This document shows, in pieces, positions 1 through 10,487 of a stretch of DNA of 64,000 nucleotides. A model generated the notes under the pieces. It did no database searches, had not been told where the DNA came from, and saw only the letters and a list, made by a program, of their open reading frames with translations. Location: positions 11,637-75,636 of IMG/VR virus record IMGVR_UViG_3300011116_001125, one strand, 5' to 3'. The position numbers and the translations under genes were made by a program. The DNA comes from a virus. Position 1 is the stretch's first letter. Every line of letters begins with the position of its first letter.

Positions 1-45
1 GACAATTTACTGATCCCAATCCGCCCCCTTCGTAAGGGTTAAAAT

Positions 46-1920
46 ATGCCTTACCAAAAACTTCAGTTTAAGCCCGGATTTATTCGTGATCTTACCGCCT
101 ATACCAACAAAGGCGGTTGGTACGATGGCAATCTTGTTCGGTTTAGATTAGGTTTTCCTCAATCAATTGGTGGGTGGATTAAGTACACAACGGCACAGTT
201 TCTTGGTACTTGCCGCGCAATTTTTCCTTGGAACACGCTTAGCGGCAAGTTTTTCAATGCTATAGGTACGAGTTTAAAATACTATGTAGAATACGGCGGG
301 GCGTTCTATGATGTAACTCCACTACGTGATACAGTGGTATTAAATAACCCATTTACTGCGACAAATGGTTCCTCTATTATCAATGTGTACGATGTTGCGC
401 ATGGTGCATTGGATAATGATTTTGTTACATTTAGTGGAGCAGCAAGTTTAGGTGGAAACATCACTGCGGCAGTTCTTAATAAACAATTTCAAATCACTTA
501 TGTTGATGTCGATAACTACAAAATCACTGTTTCTGCTACTGCCAATAGTTCGGATACAGGTCATGGTGGGGCAACCGTAACCACTGCATATCAAATCAAC
601 ACGGGCATTAACTCCGCATTGGTCGGCGGTGGTTGGGGAGCAGGCACATGGGGGCGACTTACTTGGGGCAGTGCTATCCCCGTTACGGCTAATCTTTCTT
701 TACGCCTATGGTTTCAAGATAACTTTGGTGAAATACTATTGTTTAATGTTTATAATGGTGGAATTTATCTATGGAACCCTGCAAGCTCTTCTTTAACTAC
801 ACCACCGTACACGTTTAATCGTGCAGTTACACTAGCTAGCCTTTCAACTGATGCAACTACGCCTACGCTCGCTACGCAAGTCATGGTCTCTGATCGTGAC
901 AGGCACGTTATTGCTTTTGGTGCGAATATGGGTGGCTCTACTAGCCAAGATGCGTTGCTTATTCGGTTTAGCAACCAAGAAGATTATACAACATGGACTT
1001 CTACTGCCACGAACACGGCAGGTGACTTACGCCTTGGTACAGGTAGCCGCATTATCCGTGCGCTAGAAACAAAGCGTGAGATTTTAGTATGGACAGATTC
1101 AGCACTGTATTCAATGCAGTTTGTTGGACCACCCTATACGTTTGGTATTACCCAAATTTCTTCTGCCACTACCGTTATTAGCGCAAACGCTTTTGCAGCT
1201 ATTGACGATACTGTGTATTGGATGGGTAACCAAAAATTTTACGTTTATGATGGTGCAGCTAAAGAACTTGTTTGCCCGATTAAAAACTATGTTTTCAACG
1301 GCATGAATGGCGCACAGGTTGAAAAAATAACAGTAGGTGTCAATTCTGAATTCAACGAAGTAACGTGGTTTTATCCTTCAACCAACTCTTCTGATTGCGA
1401 CCTATACGTTACTTATAATTATGCTGATCAAGCATGGACGTATGGTAGTTTGGCACGCACTGCATGGGTAGACCGTGGGCAAGAAGGCTACCCGTTAGCT
1501 GCCGGAACAGACGGATATCTGTACTATCAAGAGTATGGTTCTAACGACGGTAGTACTAGCCCCGCTTCGCCATTAAATACGTATATTGAAAGTGCCCCGT
1601 TTGATATTGGCGAAGGCAATCAAATGTCTTTTGTCAAACAGCTTATTCCAGATGTTTCGTTTGTAGACTCCACAAACTCACCTAGCCTCAGCATGACGGT
1701 AAAGGTGCAAAACTATCCTGGAAGTAACTACAGCACTGCCCAAACAACTACTTCTGCTGTTACGCAAACGGCAACTGTTCCTATTGAACAGTATACTAAC
1801 CAAGTTTCTTTGCGGCTACGGGGTAGGCAAGTCACATTTCGCGTTGAAAGCAATAAAACCGATACAAGTTGGGTATTAGGTAGCCCTCGTTTGGACATAC
1901 AACCTGATGGGCGTCGCTAA
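46..1920 (+). CDS. Tail nozzle / stabilisation protein (P22 gp10 / T7 gp12-like beta-propeller)
   Basis: 624 aa beta-rich ORF (VIAFG, LIRFS, ILVWTD, VYWMG, YVTYNY); its homolog at 59590 lies between tail fibres and ejection proteins. Confidence 0.7.
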   Translation: MPYQKLQFKPGFIRDLTAYTNKGGWYDGNLVRFRLGFPQSIGGWIKYTTAQFLGTCRAIFPWNTLSGKFFNAIGTSLKYYVEYGGAFYDVTPLRDTVVLNNPFTATNGSSIINVYDVAHGALDNDFVTFSGAASLGGNITAAVLNKQFQITYVDVDNYKITVSATANSSDTGHGGATVTTAYQINTGINSALVGGGWGAGTWGRLTWGSAIPVTANLSLRLWFQDNFGEILLFNVYNGGIYLWNPASSSLTTPPYTFNRAVTLASLSTDATTPTLATQVMVSDRDRHVIAFGANMGGSTSQDALLIRFSNQEDYTTWTSTATNTAGDLRLGTGSRIIRALETKREILVWTDSALYSMQFVGPPYTFGITQISSATTVISANAFAAIDDTVYWMGNQKFYVYDGAAKELVCPIKNYVFNGMNGAQVEKITVGVNSEFNEVTWFYPSTNSSDCDLYVTYNYADQAWTYGSLARTAWVDRGQEGYPLAAGTDGYLYYQEYGSNDGSTSPASPLNTYIESAPFDIGEGNQMSFVKQLIPDVSFVDSTNSPSLSMTVKVQNYPGSNYSTAQTTTSAVTQTATVPIEQYTNQVSLRLRGRQVTFRVESNKTDTSWVLGSPRLDIQPDGRR

Positions 1921-2216
1921 TGGATGTAAGGCTTGTTTTACCCGCCTTTCAAATAGCGCCTAAAGAATACAGCCAAGGCTATTTGAACAACTTGGTGAAT
2001 ATGCTCAACATTGCTTTTACGGCAATGCGTTCTCCTGGAGAAGGTAGGCAATCTACGTTGGTAATCACCAATATGCCTTCAGATGGGTACAATTTAGAAA
2101 CAGGAACGTTGTTTCAAATAAACGGGGTGGTATACGTTTCAACTTTAAACAGGGCGTATACTTATGGACTTTCCGCTACAGGGGCAGTAGGCACCGTAAC
2201 TGTAAGCATTGTTTAG
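1920..2216 (+). CDS. Small virion protein, hypothetical
   Basis: Coupled to the nozzle gene; ends in a GLSATGAVGTVTV repeat like that of tail fibre 55564-57480; conserved copy at 61464. Confidence 0.65.
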   Translation: MDVRLVLPAFQIAPKEYSQGYLNNLVNMLNIAFTAMRSPGEGRQSTLVITNMPSDGYNLETGTLFQINGVVYVSTLNRAYTYGLSATGAVGTVTVSIV

Positions 2217-2217
2217 C

Positions 2218-2309
2218 TTGTGTTTTCTACAATGGGACAGTATGGTGAAAGGGCCAAGTATCAGGTAGGCCCCTGCATAAAGTTCCATACAACTTAAGGG
2301 TATGCTCTT
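2218..2309 (+). promoter_or_regulatory. Sigma70-like promoter (TTGTGT-N17-TATGGT) and structured leader
   Basis: -35, -10 and leader are conserved in the diverged copy (61762-61852) while the spacer differs; CATAC-AACTTAAGG-GTATG hairpin over the RBS. Confidence 0.6.
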
Positions 2310-3776
2310 ATGCAAGGCATTGAATCACTTGTACCTGACCAAGCTGCTCCGATGGATGATAATTCTGCCATTGTTGAGCAAATAAAGGCGCAGCTTCCGC
2401 CTGAGTTGGTTAATGAACTGCAAGCCGTAATTACGCGGATTGCTAGTTTGCCCGTTGAAAATATTCAAAAGTTTTTATCTATTTTGGATTATATTGACCA
2501 AAATAGCGATAACTATGATCAAGTTGTACAGCAACTTGTACAAAGCGGCGATATTCAACAAGGTGACCTGCCCCCGCAATACGACCCTTCTTTATTTTCT
2601 TCTATTAAAGAAGTTGCTAATCTTGCACTGCAAATAAAGCAGGGGGCAGGGGCAACTCCTGAAATGCCGATGGAAATGGCTATGGGAGGCCTTGCTTCAT
2701 ACGGGCGCAACGGCGACACAATGTTGGCGCATATCAGCCCTTACGAAGCTAACATCCTACGTAGTTATGGCGGGGCAGGCACCATCAACCCACGCACAGG
2801 CTTGCGCGAATACGGTTTTGATTTCGGTAGTTTGTTTAAAAGTATCGCGCCTGTACTCGGTGCCGTTGTTGGCTCATTCTTGCCTTTTGGCAGTGTTATC
2901 GGCCCTGCTATCGGTAGTTTTGCTGCAAGTAAATTGGCGGGTAATTCTACAGAAGATGCTCTTTGGGGAGCTGCCGCTGCGGGTGGACTAGGCTATTTTG
3001 CAGGACAAACAACTGCCGCGCAACTCGGGGGCTACGGCACAGAAGGTACTTCACTTGGCTCGGCTGTTCTTAAAGGCATACAAGCTCCTGCCACACAGGG
3101 TGGGGGCATTGGTTCCTTGTTTAGTATGAACGCCCCTACTGTTCCACCACCGCAAGGTGCACCCGTTGGTGCGATGCCTACGGATGCGTCTAAAGTGTTT
3201 TCACCGCCACCAAGTGCCACAGCACCCGCAGCCGCCACAACTGGCTCTACAGCCACGGCTGGGGCCTTTGACCCGCGCACCTTTATTTCGGCTTCGCCTT
3301 CGCAACTGCAAGCAGCTAATCTTACTTCTGATCAGTTAAAACAAATTGTAGACCTTAAGGCTAACTACAAAGCCTTGGGCCTTGCTACGGGGCCAAACGA
3401 TTGGATGTCTGGGATTAGTAATTTTGTAACCCAAAATCCGTTGCCTACAGCTATGTTGCTTTCCACAATAGCTTCATTGGATAGGCCAGAAGAAGATAAT
3501 ACCCCATTGGTCACAGCAGGCCAAAAATACCGTACAGACCCTAGCAAATATAATATCCTTGCAAAAGGCGGTATGCCAGTGAGCGAAGTTGATGCGCGTG
3601 TGGGTGGGCACTTACAGGGTCCAGGAACAGGCACAAGTGACAGTATTCCAGCGCGACTTAGCGATGGTGAGTTTGTAATGACCGCAAAGGCTGTACGCGG
3701 CGCAGGTGATGGTGACCGTAAAGCGGGCGCACGCCGCATGTATCAGTTAATGCACGAATTTGAAAAAAGGGCCTGA
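2310..3776 (+). CDS. Putative internal virion / ejection protein
   Basis: 488 aa; GDTMLAHI...GGAGTINPRTGLREY motif, hydrophobic Gly/Ala segment, C-terminal GPGTGTSDSIPARLSDGEFV motif typical of phage virion proteins. Confidence 0.6.
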   Translation: MQGIESLVPDQAAPMDDNSAIVEQIKAQLPPELVNELQAVITRIASLPVENIQKFLSILDYIDQNSDNYDQVVQQLVQSGDIQQGDLPPQYDPSLFSSIKEVANLALQIKQGAGATPEMPMEMAMGGLASYGRNGDTMLAHISPYEANILRSYGGAGTINPRTGLREYGFDFGSLFKSIAPVLGAVVGSFLPFGSVIGPAIGSFAASKLAGNSTEDALWGAAAAGGLGYFAGQTTAAQLGGYGTEGTSLGSAVLKGIQAPATQGGGIGSLFSMNAPTVPPPQGAPVGAMPTDASKVFSPPPSATAPAAATTGSTATAGAFDPRTFISASPSQLQAANLTSDQLKQIVDLKANYKALGLATGPNDWMSGISNFVTQNPLPTAMLLSTIASLDRPEEDNTPLVTAGQKYRTDPSKYNILAKGGMPVSEVDARVGGHLQGPGTGTSDSIPARLSDGEFVMTAKAVRGAGDGDRKAGARRMYQLMHEFEKRA

Positions 3777-3779
3777 TAA

Positions 3780-5366
3780 ATGGCAACTACATTAACTCAA
3801 CAACAGGTGTTAATGGACCCCGAAGTGGGGCCATACCTCATTGGTTTGATGGAAAGTGCCAAGAAACAAGGCACCCTTTCTAAAGATGTTAAAATACCTG
3901 AGTACAAATTTGCGGATTTTACGCCTAAGCAGAAGCAGGCGTTTGAAATGGCCCAACAAGGTATTGGGTCATACGAACAGTTTTTTGATAAGTCAGGCAA
4001 ACTTTACGATCAAGCAGCGGCTCAATTTGCGCAACTTCCGCAGTTTGGCGGTAAAGCAGTAGAAGCCGTGACCGCAGGTAAAGCTGCCGCTGAACCCCTT
4101 ATGGGTACCGCAGCAGAAAAATATGGCGCAGTTAGCGATATTGCGGGCAAGGGTGTTTCTACTACTGCCGCAGGTGCTGAAGCTGCCCAACCATTGTTGA
4201 AAACAGCCGCTGAAACGTATGGTGGCTTGCCTTCTTACGCTAAAGAAGCGGCGGCTACTACTGCCGCAGGACGCGCTGCTGCTTTAGGTAAAACAGCAGA
4301 AGCTGCCGCAGGATACGGTAGTTTAACTGACTATGGTAGTCAAGCTCAAAGGTTAGCCGCAGCCGGAGCAGCAGGGTTTGATCCTGCTAGCACCGCCAAA
4401 TTTATGGACCCTTACCAACAACAAGTCATCCGTAATGCTATGGATGAAATGCGCCGCCAAAGCGATATCAGCCAACAGGCTGCTGCCGCGCAGGCCGTCC
4501 GCGCAGGTGCTTTTGGTGGAAGTCGTTTTGGTGTGCAACAAGCAGAATTGGCGCGTAACCTTGCGCAGGCGCAAGACCAAAAAATCGCTGAGCTTATGTC
4601 ACAAGGGTATTCGCAGGCACAAGCCACCGCGCTCACCGCTTTTGAAAATGAACAAAAGCGTAAGCAAGTGGAAGCAGGTACCGCGCTTAGTGCAGGTGAG
4701 CTAGCAGGCAAAGGTGCCAGTGGCATTGAAAGCCTTGCAGCTAAAGAGTTTGCAATGAGCGATGCAGAAGCTGCGCGCCAAGCCGCTATTGCAGATGCTG
4801 AAAAAGCAAAGGCCGCAGGCATTGCCAGTTTGGCAGGTGAAACTGCCGATATTGCCAAGGGCGTAGGCGCACAACAGCTCACTGCCGCACAGCTCGAAGG
4901 TACTGCCGCAAGCGGAATTGAAAGCCTTGCGGGTAAAGAGTTTGGCATGGGTAAAGACATCAGCAATACGCAACTTGCGGCGGGTGATCTTGCGGGCAGA
5001 AGCGCACAGGGCATAGCTAGCCTTGGTGAAACACAAGCTAATCTTGGCAAAGCCACACAGGCCGCAGGGCAGGCAGATGTCAGTTTCCTTGCTAACATTG
5101 GTGCGCAAGAACGTGCCGATCTTCAAGCAAGAGAAGATGCAAAACGTTTTCTTGAAGTGCAACAGCAAAATCAACCTTGGGATATTTTGGCTAAAGTTAG
5201 TGACATTTACAAAGGTGTTCCTAGCGGCTCTACTACAACAGGCGCTACAAGTACTCAAGCGCCAAGCACTGCTAGCCAGATTTTGGGTAATACCCTTTCT
5301 ATCTACGGTGCGTTAAACCAAGCTAATCAACCAACTACATCCGGTTATGCAGGCTACAAGCAATGA
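3780..5366 (+). CDS. Putative DNA ejection / pilot protein
   Basis: 528 aa Ala/Gln-rich helical protein with FMDPYQQQV...AGAFGGSR motif; position after the nozzle gene. Confidence 0.6.
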   Translation: MATTLTQQQVLMDPEVGPYLIGLMESAKKQGTLSKDVKIPEYKFADFTPKQKQAFEMAQQGIGSYEQFFDKSGKLYDQAAAQFAQLPQFGGKAVEAVTAGKAAAEPLMGTAAEKYGAVSDIAGKGVSTTAAGAEAAQPLLKTAAETYGGLPSYAKEAAATTAAGRAAALGKTAEAAAGYGSLTDYGSQAQRLAAAGAAGFDPASTAKFMDPYQQQVIRNAMDEMRRQSDISQQAAAAQAVRAGAFGGSRFGVQQAELARNLAQAQDQKIAELMSQGYSQAQATALTAFENEQKRKQVEAGTALSAGELAGKGASGIESLAAKEFAMSDAEAARQAAIADAEKAKAAGIASLAGETADIAKGVGAQQLTAAQLEGTAASGIESLAGKEFGMGKDISNTQLAAGDLAGRSAQGIASLGETQANLGKATQAAGQADVSFLANIGAQERADLQAREDAKRFLEVQQQNQPWDILAKVSDIYKGVPSGSTTTGATSTQAPSTASQILGNTLSIYGALNQANQPTTSGYAGYKQ

Positions 5367-7396
5367 GCAAAGTACTTCAACGCGATTTGTTTAGGGGCAA
5401 AGCTCCACGGGCACCTGCCCATGGAACAGGGATCACTGCCTATTTCATGGATGACCGTCCTGGGTTTGCTGATGGCGAACTGGTCGATTACAACAAGTTG
5501 ATGCAAGATTATCTTAGTAAGCCTGCTGCGCAAATGCCGGAAGCCCCTGCAAGTGATTTTGAAACGCTTTTCAAAAACTATAGCGCGGTTGTTGGTAAAT
5601 CGCTTGGGCCAGAACGTACGTATGATGATTTGCTAAAAGAGCGTATGCGAATTTTAGGGCCTAACGTAGATAGCGAATCTGCACGTAACTATGCTCTTAT
5701 GCAGTTGGGTAGCAAAATAGCAGCTACTCCTGGAGGGCTTGGTTTAGGTATTTCCGCCGGAATGCCAGAATACGCAGGCGTTATGAGCAAAGCAGAATCT
5801 GAGCGCCGTGCATTGGAACGTTCTGCAGGCGCTAGCGCATTGGAGGCTCTTGATAAAGATCGTGCTTTACGTCGTGGTGCCGAAACTGAAGCAGCTAAAT
5901 ACGCATTTACCGAATCTGAAGCGGCTAAAAAATCTGCTTATACTTCGGCAGTTGAAGCTGCAAAAGCAAGTGAAGAACGCAAGTTCAAAGCCCTACAAGA
6001 TCTTGCTAAGTACCAAAACGAGCAACGCGATAAATATGGCGTGCTTGGAACTGAAAGTTTTGCCTTGGAGGATCCTACCTCTCCAGGAGGCTATAAAATC
6101 ATTGGTGCGCGGCGCACACCACAGGGTTTGGTGCAAGTTGGGAATGGTCAGCCTGTTCCTCAAAACGCTATTCCTGTTGGCGATTCGTTTATTTCTGAGC
6201 TTAAAAAACAGGGCCAAGCGAAAGAAGCTACCAATATCAGTATCCAAAATCCTGACGGAACCACTTTTGGTAAGCCCATAGCGGCTATTCAAAAAGGCGA
6301 TAAATTCTACGATGCGTCTACGGGTACAGTTATCGATAGACCGTTTAGAATTATGGATAAATCCGGTACGGCGGGCAGTGGTACAAGTTCATCTTACGTT
6401 ATTCAAGATCCTAATTCTCCGTTTGGTGTGAAAGAAGTTATTGGTTTTACTGACCCAACAAGTCAACAAAACTACTACATGCAAAATGGTATTCGGTTTG
6501 ATTTTGACAGCGGCAAAGGTATCAAAGCGAGCCTTGCTGACGTACTTAAATCAGATACCAAAGATGGTGAAACTACAACTACGCCTAGCTTTGGTCCGTA
6601 TGCAGGCAAGCCGTTTACTGTTTCTTCTGAAAAACGTAACGTGCAATTTAAACCGCCTGTTCCTAGTGAAGATCCTGCTTTGCTTGGCGGAGAAGTTAAA
6701 CCTCAAGAAGGTGAAGCTCAGAAAAAAAGTGAAAAAGCTCCGATTGGCGCTATTACAGGTGAAGGCCCTGAACGGTATTTTATCAAGCCTGAGCCGTTTA
6801 AAAGCTCGCTTAGCTACTCACAACTTTCTGCACAAGATAAACAGGATTTGCGTGATTCTGTACAAGGCAGTGAGAAATTTCTAGCCAGTGCAGATGATGT
6901 TTTGAAAGCAATGCCGGAATCACTTGGGCCGCTTAGTAAAGTTAAGAGCCTTACCACCAACTACATCGGTCCGATTACGCCAAAAGCTATTGAACCTTAT
7001 GTTACCTATCTTAAAACCGAAGCGGGCAAACAGCAGTTGCGTATCATGCGCCAAACGGCTCAGTTGGCCTTTGCTAAAAACCCACGGTTCCCGCAGGGTG
7101 AACTTAAGACCATCGATGAAATGATTGAAGATCCCGATGCGTTTTTTGCTGATCCTAAAGCAGGCATGACCCGTTACTCAACTTTGGTTCGTGAAGTACG
7201 TAATTCTTTAGAACGCGATCGTGCTATGATAGAGGGTCGCGATGCAAAGGTCATTGAACGTGTTCCCACAGGCAGTGCCAATGATCCTTTCTCCTTTGAT
7301 AAAACGCCTTACTTGGTTGAGCTTAAAAACAGTGGCGTAAACCTCAAGGGCGTTTATTATAGGGATCAACAAGGTAACCTCCGTCAAATTCCCTAA
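5363..7396 (+). CDS. Putative internal virion protein
   Basis: 677 aa ORF overlapping the previous stop, within the ejection-protein block. Confidence 0.55.
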   Translation: MSKVLQRDLFRGKAPRAPAHGTGITAYFMDDRPGFADGELVDYNKLMQDYLSKPAAQMPEAPASDFETLFKNYSAVVGKSLGPERTYDDLLKERMRILGPNVDSESARNYALMQLGSKIAATPGGLGLGISAGMPEYAGVMSKAESERRALERSAGASALEALDKDRALRRGAETEAAKYAFTESEAAKKSAYTSAVEAAKASEERKFKALQDLAKYQNEQRDKYGVLGTESFALEDPTSPGGYKIIGARRTPQGLVQVGNGQPVPQNAIPVGDSFISELKKQGQAKEATNISIQNPDGTTFGKPIAAIQKGDKFYDASTGTVIDRPFRIMDKSGTAGSGTSSSYVIQDPNSPFGVKEVIGFTDPTSQQNYYMQNGIRFDFDSGKGIKASLADVLKSDTKDGETTTTPSFGPYAGKPFTVSSEKRNVQFKPPVPSEDPALLGGEVKPQEGEAQKKSEKAPIGAITGEGPERYFIKPEPFKSSLSYSQLSAQDKQDLRDSVQGSEKFLASADDVLKAMPESLGPLSKVKSLTTNYIGPITPKAIEPYVTYLKTEAGKQQLRIMRQTAQLAFAKNPRFPQGELKTIDEMIEDPDAFFADPKAGMTRYSTLVREVRNSLERDRAMIEGRDAKVIERVPTGSANDPFSFDKTPYLVELKNSGVNLKGVYYRDQQGNLRQIP

Positions 7397-7406
7397 GGGG
7401 CAGTAA

Positions 7407-10400
7407 ATGGCTAATGATGTAGATCCGTTAGGTGGCGTTTTAGTAGAAAAAGCCACTAATGAAACGCCTAATGCCTCGCAAGCAGATGTTCAACTCCCGC
7501 CTATGGAAGCAGGTGGGCCACAAATGGTTGCGCCAGAAGAAGCGTACCTTCCTGGACGTAAAGTAAGCGAAGGTGACCTTGGTTTGCAACGGGCATACTT
7601 CGGTGCATTCAATAATATGGTTTTGGCATTGCCTGATGCTGCATTGAATGCAGGGGCTTTTGCTGCTGAAAAAGCAGGATTGCTTAGTCGGACTTCAGAT
7701 AATCCACAAGAAAACCGTGACATTCTTACGCGGTTTTTTAATGCCGCTAATTACCCTGAACGCGATAGGCTATTGGGCATCTTCAGCCTTGGTAAAGGTG
7801 AACAGATAAAGCCTGAGACTATTGGAGAAAAAATTGCGGCGGGTACGGGTGAAGCCACAGTATTAGCCACTGCTTTTCCGTCTATGGCGGCAGCAGCCAC
7901 TAAAGAAGGTGCTTACCTCGCCGCTCCAATGGTAGAAGGTATCGAGCAACGTTACCTCACCCAAACAGGAACAAAGGCCCTTGGACCAATGTTTCAAAAA
8001 GCGGCGCAGGAATATGTTACTGCGTTTAAAAATGCGCCTGCTCGAGTATTGGCATCCGAAATCGCAGGTGGAGCAGCTTCAGGTGCATTGGGTACTACAG
8101 AACAAGAACTTACAGGATATCGCACAGGCTTTGGTGATCTTGCGGGCGGCATGGTTCCTGCGGTAGCTCCGGCAGTGGCTAAGTTTATTTATAAATGGAG
8201 CCCAACAAGAAACATTATTTCTTGGGGTTACCGAATGATTCCGGGTTCAGCTGGTGAGGCTAATATGCGCCGCGAAGCTGAAACTGAAATTGGTAACGAA
8301 ATGCTTAAGGCTTTTAAAGAGGCACGCAAAGCAGGCCGCCTACAAGAAGCCGAAGATATAATGAACCAATTTAGGGAAGCAGGCTACTCGCTTGAGTTAA
8401 GCCCTGCTGAAATGACGCAAGATCCTAGTTTGCGTGTTGCTCAAGAAGCTGCTCAGCGAAGTGCCGCAGGCGATAAAGCACGCGCTTTTCGTGAACGCAC
8501 CGAGGGCAATGTTTCACGGATCATTAACTATTCTAACGATGCTAATCTTGTAGATACATCTGCCCCTACTGCTGTAGTAAAGCAGTTGCAGTCATCTGCG
8601 GAAACAGAAGCCCAACTTCAACAAATTGGGTTGGAAGAGCTTAGCACTTATGGTGAAAACGTTGCTGCTCGTTTGCCAATGGCGCGTAACCGTGCAGAAG
8701 AAGGGGCTATTATCCGTAAAGCCCTTATTGATGCTAAAGAAGCAAAGAAAAAAGAGCTAGATGCGTTTGCAGATGAAATTGGCATTAACGAAGCCAATCC
8801 CGGAACTTTAATGAACCCCGTTAAGAAAATGGTTCGGGATAAGTATTTTCTTGATAACGATACTGACCGTTATTTGCCCAAGGTCATTCGTGACTTTGCA
8901 ACATCAGAAGATAACGTGATTAACTTCCAAACTTGGAAACGTTATCGCGATAAAGTTTCTGATGAACTTTCTGCGGCTATTGCTAACAAGCAATCTAGCG
9001 ATATTGTCAATTTAACCAAGTTCAAAGAAGATCTTGATCAATTCGGCAATATGTTTTACGGCACCAACAAAAATTGGAATACGTTCAAGACCCGTTACGC
9101 AGATGAATACGCTAAGCCCTTTGAGCGGGGTGTAGCCTATGAGGTTACAACGCCAAGCCCTGCTTCACGTCCAGGAGATGTTCGTTACCTAACAAGTGAT
9201 GAAGCTGTAGCCGATGCGTTTACTCGTAACGTTGAAAACGCAAAAGACTTTATGAATTTGTACCGTGATAAACCTGAAGCGGTAAATTCCATGCGCAACG
9301 TTATTTTAGATGGAGCACGTGAACGGGTTATTGGTAAATCAGGCCCTTATGAAGGTACAGTTGATCCAACTAAACTGCAAACGTTTCTTAACCAAAATCG
9401 TGAAGTATTGGATACGTTGGGTTTAAAAGATGAATTGGAAAATATTCAAAACCTTTCCAAATTGTTTGGAATGCGCTCTGCCCAACTTAAAGATAGAGCC
9501 GCAGCCATTGGTCGCGATAAAGCTAACCGTTTGTTAAACAATATTACGGACGGAACGTACTCGCCTGAAGAATTTATTGATGCGGCGATTAAAGATCCTA
9601 AAATGATGAAAACAATTACGGATCGCGCCTCACAGGCAGAAGATCCTAATTTAACAGAAGCTATTAAACGTGCTGTGTGGACGCGTGCGTTTGAAACGAA
9701 TGATATTCGTGATCCAGGAAAGTTTATGGAGTTTGCAAAAACTCATGAACGCTCATTAAGAATGGCAATGGGCGATGAGCACTATAACCGCATGATGACT
9801 ACGGCTAAGGGCATGGGTCTCGCGCTTTACGCGCAAGAAGGTTTGGATGGTATGCCTTTAGAAGCTATGAGCGGATTGGAAAAGTTTGCAAAATACACGG
9901 GTATCACTGCTGCAAGTTTAGCGAACGCCGTTGCCGCAGCAGGGCGTGGTCAGGTAAAAGAAAGTTACTTAGCTCTGGCTTTTGGCGGTAAACTTCTTAG
10001 CACGCGTCAACGTGCAGCCTACAACAAAGTTATGAGTGAAGTTCTTGTTGATAGCACTTTGGCCCGTGACCTTGCAGAACGTTCTGCAGGCGATGGTATG
10101 CCTACGCAAAAACAAGCTAACCGCATGAAGGCTTGGATGCTAAGTGTTGGTCTACAACCAGACGGCAAGCCTTACGAAGAAGAGCGGCCTGTTGAAGATG
10201 TTCCAATACCCAAGGAACTTTTCTTGCCACAAGGCGCAACTCGTACCCCTACAGGGCCTAGTGATATAAATTCACTTCCACCGTTTTTGAATGAGCCGCT
10301 TCCGCAAAAGGCTACACCGAATGTTACTGTTACATTCCCTGACTCTGACCCTAGCCCAAGTAACCCATTCAATCAGCCCGCACCTGCTGCACCAGCTCCA

Positions 10401-10487
10401 CAAGGTGGAGCAGGCAGGGTCGATTATCCATCACTGTTTCCTAATGATCCATTAGGTACAGCAATCAGCAACCGTAGTGCGCAATAA
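7407..10487 (+). CDS. Large internal virion (ejection) protein
   Basis: 1026 aa helical ORF at the end of the structural block, in the podoviral core-protein position. Confidence 0.55.
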   Translation: MANDVDPLGGVLVEKATNETPNASQADVQLPPMEAGGPQMVAPEEAYLPGRKVSEGDLGLQRAYFGAFNNMVLALPDAALNAGAFAAEKAGLLSRTSDNPQENRDILTRFFNAANYPERDRLLGIFSLGKGEQIKPETIGEKIAAGTGEATVLATAFPSMAAAATKEGAYLAAPMVEGIEQRYLTQTGTKALGPMFQKAAQEYVTAFKNAPARVLASEIAGGAASGALGTTEQELTGYRTGFGDLAGGMVPAVAPAVAKFIYKWSPTRNIISWGYRMIPGSAGEANMRREAETEIGNEMLKAFKEARKAGRLQEAEDIMNQFREAGYSLELSPAEMTQDPSLRVAQEAAQRSAAGDKARAFRERTEGNVSRIINYSNDANLVDTSAPTAVVKQLQSSAETEAQLQQIGLEELSTYGENVAARLPMARNRAEEGAIIRKALIDAKEAKKKELDAFADEIGINEANPGTLMNPVKKMVRDKYFLDNDTDRYLPKVIRDFATSEDNVINFQTWKRYRDKVSDELSAAIANKQSSDIVNLTKFKEDLDQFGNMFYGTNKNWNTFKTRYADEYAKPFERGVAYEVTTPSPASRPGDVRYLTSDEAVADAFTRNVENAKDFMNLYRDKPEAVNSMRNVILDGARERVIGKSGPYEGTVDPTKLQTFLNQNREVLDTLGLKDELENIQNLSKLFGMRSAQLKDRAAAIGRDKANRLLNNITDGTYSPEEFIDAAIKDPKMMKTITDRASQAEDPNLTEAIKRAVWTRAFETNDIRDPGKFMEFAKTHERSLRMAMGDEHYNRMMTTAKGMGLALYAQEGLDGMPLEAMSGLEKFAKYTGITAASLANAVAAAGRGQVKESYLALAFGGKLLSTRQRAAYNKVMSEVLVDSTLARDLAERSAGDGMPTQKQANRMKAWMLSVGLQPDGKPYEEERPVEDVPIPKELFLPQGATRTPTGPSDINSLPPFLNEPLPQKATPNVTVTFPDSDPSPSNPFNQPAPAAPAPQGGAGRVDYPSLFPNDPLGTAISNRSAQ

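Noticed and set aside
4412-5258. Long antisense ORFs (228 and 185 aa) and similar ones at 36913, 45992 and 19006
   Set aside because: Shadows of Ala-rich or codon-biased sense genes, with no RBS or recognisable motifs.
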